From assembly GCF_000017305.1 (NCBI RefSeq), contig NC_009664.2, forward strand, positions 3,450,001 to 3,482,000: 32,000 nucleotides of DNA. The letters are read 5' to 3'. How positions within the stretch are numbered: the stretch's first letter is position 1; each line of letters opens with the position of its first letter. Source of the stretch: Kineococcus radiotolerans SRS30216 = ATCC BAA-149. Lineage in GTDB: Bacteria; Actinomycetota; Actinomycetes; Actinomycetales; Kineococcaceae. Below the pieces are notes generated by a model. That model ran no database searches, was not told the origin of the DNA, and worked only from the letters and a program-made list of their open reading frames with translations. Below, piece after piece: positions 23,962 to 32,000 of this stretch. Made by a program: the position numbers and the translations under genes.

Positions 23962-25313
23962 CCCGCCGGCAGATCCACCTCGGGGCCCACTTCCCCGGGG
24001 TCAACAACACGACCGTGTGGCGCGACCCCCGCTCGGGCAGCCAGGTCGACTTCTCCTCCTTCGAGCACCTCGCCCGCACCGCCGAGCGCGGGCTGATGGA
24101 CTTCTTCTTCCTCGCCGAGGGCCTGCGGCTGCGCGAGCAGCGCGGCCGGATCCACGACCTCGACGTCGTGGGCCGCCCCGACACCCTCACCGTGCTGAAC
24201 TCGCTGGCCTCGGTCACGACGCACCTCGGCCTGGCCGGGACGATCAACGCCACCTTCAACGAGGCCACCGAGCTCGCGAAGCAGTTCGCGTCGCTGGACC
24301 ACCTCTCCGGGGGCCGGGCCGCCTGGAACGTCGTCACCAGCTCCGACGCGTTCACCGGCGAGAACTTCCGCCGCGGCGGGTACCTCGCCCACGCCGACCG
24401 CTACGTCCGCGCCCGCGAGGTCCTCGACGTGGCGCGGGAGTTCTGGGACTCCTGGGCCGAGGACGCCCTCGTCGCCGACCCGGTCGCCGGGGTCTTCGCC
24501 CGCTCGATCTCCGAGGTCCGCCACACCGGCCTGCAGTTCGACGTGCGGGGCACCGGGCTGCTGCCCCGCAGCCCCCAGGGCCACCCCGTCCTGCTGCAGG
24601 CCGGGGACTCCGACGACGGCCGCGAGTTCGGCGCCACCTACGCCGACGCCATCTTCACCATGCACGGCTCGCTGGAGGCGGGGCAGCGGTTCACCGCCGA
24701 CATGCGCGCCCGCGCGGTGCGCAACGGCCGGTCCGGCGACGACCTGAGGATCCTGCCCGGGGTGACGTTCGTCCTCGGCGACACCCCCGACGAGGCCCGC
24801 GAGCGCGCCCGCGAGATCCGGTTCCAGCAGGTCGGCCCGGAGCAGGCCGTCGCGTTCCTGGAACAGGTGTGGGGGCGCGACCTCACCGGGTTCGACCCGG
24901 AGGGCCCGCTGCCCGCCGGCGACCCGGAGACGACCTCGACCATCGCCCAGGGCCGGACCCGGATGACGAAGGACCCGGTGGAGACCGCGCGCACCTGGCG
25001 GGAACTGGCCGAGGCGAACGGCTGGAACGCCCGCGAGGTCGTCGTCGAGGTCACCGGCCGCCAGCAGTTCGTCGGGACCCCCGCCCAGGTCGCGGAGGAG
25101 ATGGACGCCTACGTCCAGGCCGACGCCTGCGACGGGTTCATCCTCGTGCCGACCCTCACCCCCACCGGTCTCGACGAGTTCGTCGACCGGGTCGTCCCGC
25201 TGCTGCAGGAACGCGGCAGCTACCGCACCGGGTACACCGGCTCGACCCTGCGCGAGCACCTCGGCCTGCAGCACCCGCACCGCCTCGCCCCCGCCGCCCG
25301 CGCCACCGCCTGA
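23958..25313 (+). CDS. NtaA/SnaA/DszA/SoxA-family FMNH2-dependent monooxygenase
   Basis: 451 aa. Family-typical N-terminus QIHLGAHFPGVNNTTVW, FFFLAEGL, RAAWNVVTS, SPQGHPVLLQAGDSDDGREFGATYADAIFT. The ATG overlaps the upstream stop (ATGA at 23958-23961). Confidence 0.9.
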   Translation: MTRRQIHLGAHFPGVNNTTVWRDPRSGSQVDFSSFEHLARTAERGLMDFFFLAEGLRLREQRGRIHDLDVVGRPDTLTVLNSLASVTTHLGLAGTINATFNEATELAKQFASLDHLSGGRAAWNVVTSSDAFTGENFRRGGYLAHADRYVRAREVLDVAREFWDSWAEDALVADPVAGVFARSISEVRHTGLQFDVRGTGLLPRSPQGHPVLLQAGDSDDGREFGATYADAIFTMHGSLEAGQRFTADMRARAVRNGRSGDDLRILPGVTFVLGDTPDEARERAREIRFQQVGPEQAVAFLEQVWGRDLTGFDPEGPLPAGDPETTSTIAQGRTRMTKDPVETARTWRELAEANGWNAREVVVEVTGRQQFVGTPAQVAEEMDAYVQADACDGFILVPTLTPTGLDEFVDRVVPLLQERGSYRTGYTGSTLREHLGLQHPHRLAPAARATA

Positions 25314-27437
<2,124 letters not shown>

Positions 27438-27441
27438 GAGC

Positions 27442-27882
27442 GTGACCGTCGTGGACCTGTACCAGCAGCTGATCATCGAGCACTCCAAGCGCCCGCACGG
27501 CGAGGGGCTGCGTTCCCCGTTCGGCGCCGAGGCCCACCACGTGAACCCCACCTGCGGGGACGAGATCACCCTGCGGGTCGCGGTGGCCGGGGAGACGGTC
27601 GGGGACGTCTCCTACGACGCCGTCGGCTGCTCCATCAGTCGGGCCTCGGCCTCGGTGCTGCACGACCTGGTCGTGGGGCGCCCGGTGGGGGAGGTCGCCG
27701 TCGTGCGCGAGGCCGTCCAGGCCATGCTCACCAGCCGCGGTGCGGACCCCGGCGACGAGGACGTCCTCGGCGACGCGGTCGCCCTCGCCGGGGTGGCGAG
27801 GTACCCGGCCCGGGTGAAGTGCGCGCTGCTGAGCTGGTCGGCGCTGGCCGACGCCCTGCTGCGCGCCCCCGGGCCCGCCTGA
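27442..27882 (+). CDS. sufU: SufU-type Fe-S cluster assembly / sulfur-transfer protein (zinc-dependent IscU-like)
   Basis: 146 aa. NPTCGDEITL, GCSISRASAS and ARVKCALL supply the conserved Cys/Asp ligand set of SufU. GTG start 4 nt after the sufS stop. Confidence 0.9.
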   Translation: MTVVDLYQQLIIEHSKRPHGEGLRSPFGAEAHHVNPTCGDEITLRVAVAGETVGDVSYDAVGCSISRASASVLHDLVVGRPVGEVAVVREAVQAMLTSRGADPGDEDVLGDAVALAGVARYPARVKCALLSWSALADALLRAPGPA

Positions 27883-27902
27883 GCGGGGTTCAGGCCGGGC
27901 CC
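27871..27902. terminator. imperfect hairpin between convergent sufU and lacI-family genes that embeds both stop codons
   Basis: GGGCCCGCCTGA (27871-27882), 7-nt loop, TCAGGC(C)GGGCC (27890-27902). This gives 12 bp with one bulged C. The sufU TGA and the regulator TGA (seen as TCA) both lie in the stem. Confidence 0.35.
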
Positions 27903-28945
27903 GCCGCGCCGGCCCGCGGCGGCCCCGTCGAGTCGCGCACCACGAGGTCGGTCGCCAGCTCGACGTGGTGGGGGTCGACGGGTTCCCCCTCCACCAGCCG
28001 CAGCAGCACCTGCAGGGCGTAGCGGCCCATCTCCTGCAGCGGGGTGTGGACCGTCGTCAGGGCGGGGGTCACCCACGGCGCCAGGTAGGTGTCGTCGAAC
28101 CCCACGACCGAGAGGTCCTCGGGCACCCGCAGCCCCCGGGCACGGGCGGCCTGGACGACGCCCAGGGCGCAGACGTCGGTGACGGCGAAGACCGCGGTCG
28201 GCGGGTCCTGAAGCGCCAGCAACCGGGTGGCCAGGTCGAGGCCGGCCTCGAAGCCGAAACCGCCGTCCACCACCAGCGCCGGGTCCACGGGCAGGCCGGC
28301 GTTCTCCATCGCCGCGCGGTAGCCGTGCCGGCGGGCCTGGCTGACCGCGGCCCCCGCCGGGCCCCCCAGGTGGGCGATGCGCCGGTGCCCCAGGGAGATC
28401 AGGTGCTCGGTGGCGCTGAGCCCGCCGGTCCAGTTCGTGGCCCCCACGCTGGCCACGTCCGCCTGGGGCGGGTGGACGGGGTCGACGACCACGAGGGGCA
28501 GGCGCACCTCGGAGAAGCCCGCGACCTGCTGCGCGGTGAGGTCGGAGGTCACCACGACGACGCCGTCGCGCCCGGCCCCCACCAGGCGCCGGGCCCACTG
28601 CGCCCCGCTGCCGTACCCGGAGGACCCGTCGGAGAACCGGCCCACGACGACGTCGACGCCGGCGGCGGTCCCGGCGTCGGTGACGCCCCGCAGCAGCTCG
28701 GTGGCGTAGGGGCTGGTGAAGTCGTCGAAGACCAGGCCGACGGTGCGCCGGTCCGCCGGGGGCCGGCGCCTCGGGGCGGGCCGGTACTCGTGCTCGACCA
28801 GGAGGCGCTGGACCAGCGCACGGGTCCCGGCGCCGACGTCGTCGCGGCCGTTGAGCACCTTGGACACCGTCGCCGTGGAGACCCCGGCCGCGGCGGCGAT
28901 CGCGGTGAGCGTGGTGCGCCGGGGTCGTCCCGCGTCGTCCGCCAC
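27890..28945 (-). CDS. LacI family transcriptional regulator
   Basis: N-terminal [29 protein letters not shown] followed by a periplasmic-binding-protein-like sugar-binding core. I prefer the GTG at 28943-28945, which is preceded by GAGGGGA. The 8 extra codons up to 28969 have weaker GC3. Confidence 0.88.
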   Translation of the reverse strand: MADDAGRPRRTTLTAIAAAAGVSTATVSKVLNGRDDVGAGTRALVQRLLVEHEYRPAPRRRPPADRRTVGLVFDDFTSPYATELLRGVTDAGTAAGVDVVVGRFSDGSSGYGSGAQWARRLVGAGRDGVVVVTSDLTAQQVAGFSEVRLPLVVVDPVHPPQADVASVGATNWTGGLSATEHLISLGHRRIAHLGGPAGAAVSQARRHGYRAAMENAGLPVDPALVVDGGFGFEAGLDLATRLLALQDPPTAVFAVTDVCALGVVQAARARGLRVPEDLSVVGFDDTYLAPWVTPALTTVHTPLQEMGRYALQVLLRLVEGEPVDPHHVELATDLVVRDSTGPPRAGAAGPA

Positions 28946-28981
28946 GAGATCCCCTCGCCTCCGGATCACCGCAACCCGGTC

Positions 28982-28992
28982 GTTGCGAAAGG
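28982..28992. promoter_or_regulatory. first copy of the repeated GTTGCGAAAGG motif (possible LacI-family half or auxiliary operator)
   Basis: TTGCGAAAGG occurs twice in the 243-nt divergent spacer, at 28983-28992 and 29106-29115. This copy lies about 40 nt upstream of the regulator start, so autoregulation is possible. Confidence 0.3.
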
Positions 28993-29059
28993 GGAACGGT
29001 AGGGGGCGGTCCCGCCGGGGTCAAGGCGCGAGAACGGGCTCCGGGCGAGGACCGAGGTC

Positions 29060-29089
29060 TTGACGGGCCGAGACGGCCGCGGCTAGCGT
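29060..29089 (+). promoter_or_regulatory. sigma-70/HrdB-like promoter of the oxidoreductase-GH3 operon
   Basis: TTGACG (29060-65), an 18-nt spacer, then TAGCGT (29084-89, TANNNT class). The predicted TSS is near 29096, about 90 nt before the GTG at 29188. Confidence 0.5.
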
Positions 29090-29105
29090 CCGTCGTCGGC
29101 TCGGT

Positions 29106-29121
29106 TTGCGAAAGGTTTCGA
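29106..29121. promoter_or_regulatory. LacI-family operator candidate (TTGCGAAAGGTTTCGA)
   Basis: It contains the inverted repeat CGAAA-GG-TTTCG (29109-29120), similar to the TGnnAAnCGnTTnCA-like operators of LacI/CcpA/PurR regulators. It sits about 10-25 nt downstream of the predicted TSS, a position suited to repression. Confidence 0.45.
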
Positions 29122-29187
29122 CGCGGCGTGCCGGCTCGGTGCGGAGACGCGACGGGCACCCGACCCGCTAGAGGAGCACCGGCCCCC

Positions 29188-30285
29188 GTGACCACCCCCG
29201 GCACCCCCCCGCCCACCCCCACGACGTTCGCCGTCGTCGGCAGCGGCTGGCGCTCGGAGTTCTTCCTCCGCCTCGCCCGGGCCGCCCCCGAGCGCCTGCG
29301 CGCCGTCGGCGTCGTCACCCGCAGCGCCGCGAGCGGGCAGGGGATCACCGACCGCTGGTCGGTGCCGACCGTCCGCACCGTCGAGGAGCTGCTGCGCGGC
29401 GACCGTCCCGACTTCGTCGTCGCCTCCGTGCCCTGGGCGCAGATGCCGGTGACCGTGCGCGAGCTGCACGCGGCCGGGATCGCGACCCTGGCCGAGACCC
29501 CGCCGGCCCCCGACCTCGACGGGCTGCGCTCGCTGTGGGCCGACGTCGGTGCCGGCGGCCGCGTCCAGGTCGCCGAGCAGTACCTGCTCATGCCCGGTCA
29601 CGCGGCCCGCCTCGCCCTGGTGCGGGCCGGGGTCATCGGCGAGCCCACCTCGGTGCAGCTCTCCTCCACGCACATGTACCACGCGGTCTCGCTGATCCGC
29701 GGTCTGCTCGGGGTCGGCACCGACGAGGTCGTCGTCAACGCCCGCAGCTTCACCGCCCCCCTCCTGGACCCGCTGAGCTCCGCGGGCTGGGACCCCGCCG
29801 CGACCCCGCAGCCGCGCTCCACCGTCCTGGCGACCCTGGACTTCGGCGGCCGGTCGGCCCTGTACGACTTCACCGACAACCAGTGGTGGAACCCGCTGCG
29901 GGCCCGGCGCATCGTCGTCCGCGGCACCACCGGGGAGATCGTCGACGACGCCGTGACCCGGATGGTGGACCCCACCAGCCCCGTCACCTCCCCGCTGTCC
30001 TACCGCCGCCGCGGGGTGGACATGAACCTCGAGGGGGTCGACCTGGACACCGTGAGCTTCGACGGGCAGGTCGTCTACCGCAACGCGTGGGCGGGCACCC
30101 GGATGTCGGAGGACGACGTCGCCGTGGCGCAGATCCTCGCCGACACCGGCGCCTGGGCCCGCGGGGAGGGCCCCGAGCCCTACCCGCTGGCCGAGGCCTG
30201 CCAGGACCACGCGATCGCCCTGGCCGTGGGAACCTCGGCCACCACCGGCGCCGACGTGCGCGTGACGAAGGAGGCGTGGGCCTGA
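29188..30285 (+). CDS. Gfo/Idh/MocA-like NAD(P)-dependent oxidoreductase (atypical)
   Basis: 365 aa. Rossmann-like N-terminus FAVVGSGWRSEFFLRLA...VGVVTR and the motif LAETPPA. The GTG at 29188 has a GAGGAG SD 11 nt upstream. The codons between 29128 and 29187 have poor GC3. The stop overlaps the GH3 start (TGATG). Confidence 0.6.
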   Translation: MTTPGTPPPTPTTFAVVGSGWRSEFFLRLARAAPERLRAVGVVTRSAASGQGITDRWSVPTVRTVEELLRGDRPDFVVASVPWAQMPVTVRELHAAGIATLAETPPAPDLDGLRSLWADVGAGGRVQVAEQYLLMPGHAARLALVRAGVIGEPTSVQLSSTHMYHAVSLIRGLLGVGTDEVVVNARSFTAPLLDPLSSAGWDPAATPQPRSTVLATLDFGGRSALYDFTDNQWWNPLRARRIVVRGTTGEIVDDAVTRMVDPTSPVTSPLSYRRRGVDMNLEGVDLDTVSFDGQVVYRNAWAGTRMSEDDVAVAQILADTGAWARGEGPEPYPLAEACQDHAIALAVGTSATTGADVRVTKEAWA

Positions 30286-32000
30286 TGCCGTCCACCGAGA
30301 CGTCCACCGATGACCAGCGCGTCGAGGAACTCCTCGCGACCATGACGCTGGAGGAGAAGCTCGCCCAGCTCGTGGGGTTGTGGGAGGGCCGCGGCGACGC
30401 CGACAGCGACGGCGAGGGCGGTGACGTCGCCCCCATGCAGGACGCCATGCAGGTCGCCGTCGACAGCCTCGAGGGTTTCGCCGGCCAGGGGCTCGGCCAG
30501 CTCACCCGGGTGTTCGGGACGACCCCGGTCGAACCCGCCGCGCAGGCCCGCGCGCTCGTCGCCAAGCAGCGCTGGCTGCAGGAGAACACCCGGCTCGGCA
30601 TCCCCGCCCTCGTGCACGAGGAGTGCCTGACCGGCCTGGCGGCCTGGCGGGCCACGACGTTCCCGGCCCCGCTGTCCTGGGGGGCCAGCTTCCACCCCGA
30701 GCTCGTCGAGGAGGTCGGCGCCGCCATCGGGGCGTCGATGCGCAGCCTCGGCGTCCACCAGGGCCTCGCCCCCGTCCTCGACGTCGTCCGCGACGCCCGC
30801 TGGGGCCGGGTCGAGGAGTGCGTCAGCGAGGACCCCTACGTCGTGGGCACCATCACCTCCGCCTACGTGCGGGGCGTGCAGTCCACCGGCGTGATCGCCA
30901 CGCTCAAGCACTTCGTGGGGTACTCGAACTCCCGCGCCGGGCGCAACCTCGCCCCCGTCCACGCCGGCCCGCGCGAACTCGCCGACGTCCTGCTGCCCCC
31001 GTTCGAGATGGCCGTCCTCGACGCCGGGGCGCGCTCGGTCATGAACTCCTACACCGAGGTCGACGGGATCCCCGTGGCGGCCGACGAACGGCTGCTCACC
31101 GACCTCCTGCGCGAGCGCTGGGGCTTCGCCGGGACGGTGGTCGCGGACTACTTCTCCGTCGCGTTCCTGGAGCGGCTGCACGCGGTCGCGGCCTCCTCCG
31201 GCGACGCCGCCGCGCAGGCCCTGACCGCCGGCATCGACGTCGAGCTCCCTACCGGCGTCACCTACCTGGAACCGCTGGCCGCACGGGTCCGCGCCGGCGA
31301 GGTCGAGGAGGCGCTCGTGGACCGCGCCCTGCGGCGGGTCCTGCGGCAGAAGGCGGAACTCGGGCTGCTGGCCCCGGACTACGACCCCGCCGCCGGGATC
31401 GACCCCGACCGCATCGACCTCGACCCCCCGCAGCACCGCGCCCTGGCGCGGACGCTGGCCGAGGAGTCGATCGTCCTGCTCTCCAACGACGGCACCCTGC
31501 CGCTCGCCGACCTCGCGGGCCGCGCCGAACCCGCCCGCGTGTGCGTCGTCGGCCCGAACGCCGACGACCCCTCGGCCCTCTTCGGGTGCTACAGCTTCGC
31601 CAACCACGTGCTGGCCCAGCACCCCGACGTCGAGCTCGGCCTCGACGTCGACTCCGTCCTCGCCGCGCTGGGCACCGAGTTCGGCGCCGGCGCGCGGATC
31701 AGCCACGTCCGCGGCGCCGACGTCGACACCGACGACACCAGCGGGTTCGAGGCCGCGGTGGCCGCCGCGGCCCAGGCCGAGGTCTGCGTCGCCGTCGTCG
31801 GCGACCGCGCCGGGCTGTTCGGGCGGGGCACCTCGGGGGAGGGCTGCGACGCGGAGTCGCTGGAACTGCCCGGGGTCCAGCGCCCGTTCGTCGAGGCCCT
31901 GCTGGCCACCGGCACCCCGGTCGTCCTCGTCCTGCTCACCGGCCGCCCCTACGCGGTGGACTGGGCGCTGGAACGCTGCGCCGCGGTCGTGCAGGCCTTC
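30285..32000 (+). CDS. glycoside hydrolase family 3 (beta-glucosidase/beta-xylosidase-like), 3' end outside window
   Basis: This gene is not in the ORF track because no stop occurs before the window ends. Hand translation gives MPSTETSTDDQRVEELLATMTLEEKLAQLVG..., then ARWGRVEE, KHFVGY, SVMNSY, and GFAGTVVADY containing the nucleophile Asp. The frame is open to nt 32000. Confidence 0.9.
   Translation, partial: MPSTETSTDDQRVEELLATMTLEEKLAQLVGLWEGRGDADSDGEGGDVAPMQDAMQVAVDSLEGFAGQGLGQLTRVFGTTPVEPAAQARALVAKQRWLQENTRLGIPALVHEECLTGLAAWRATTFPAPLSWGASFHPELVEEVGAAIGASMRSLGVHQGLAPVLDVVRDARWGRVEECVSEDPYVVGTITSAYVRGVQSTGVIATLKHFVGYSNSRAGRNLAPVHAGPRELADVLLPPFEMAVLDAGARSVMNSYTEVDGIPVAADERLLTDLLRERWGFAGTVVADYFSVAFLERLHAVAASSGDAAAQALTAGIDVELPTGVTYLEPLAARVRAGEVEEALVDRALRRVLRQKAELGLLAPDYDPAAGIDPDRIDLDPPQHRALARTLAEESIVLLSNDGTLPLADLAGRAEPARVCVVGPNADDPSALFGCYSFANHVLAQHPDVELGLDVDSVLAALGTEFGAGARISHVRGADVDTDDTSGFEAAVAAAAQAEVCVAVVGDRAGLFGRGTSGEGCDAESLELPGVQRPFVEALLATGTPVVLVLLTGRPYAVDWALERCAAVVQAF

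Overview
This is a very GC-rich segment (by eye over 70% G+C, with third codon positions almost always G/C). It looks like an actinobacterial chromosome and is densely coding. I can support 27 protein-coding genes, two of them cut by the window edges. I saw no rRNA, tRNA, CRISPR array, transposase or integrase.

Gene content, left to right:
- A beta-oxidation neighbourhood: an acyl-CoA dehydrogenase, and fadA-fadB on the minus strand with an orphan methyl-accepting chemotaxis protein just downstream.
- An orphan Tat-lipoprotein siderophore-binding protein with a DtxR/IdeR-like iron box upstream.
- A formate/nitrite-family channel and a stand-alone processive GT2 polysaccharide synthase.
- A clear T-box leader of the translational (SD-sequestering) type in front of ileS, which overlaps folC and a DUF4233 gene.
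- A roughly 4 kb six-gene block (hypothetical, DinB/MDMPI-like, sugar porter, small protein, VOC, AraC) lying between DUF4233 and ndk.
- A second VOC gene and acs.
- A tightly coupled five-gene operon: LLM, DszA/NtaA-family monooxygenase, DUF1684, SufS, SufU.
- A LacI regulator divergent from an oxidoreductase-GH3 pair, with a recognisable promoter and a repeated operator-like motif.

The most unusual item is the LLM/DUF1684/SufS/SufU operon, which has a possible leaderless small ORF upstream. No classical defence, toxin or mobile system is visible. Most of the very long ORFs in the six-frame track are GC-driven shadow frames. All functional calls come from recognising motifs by eye, not from database searches.
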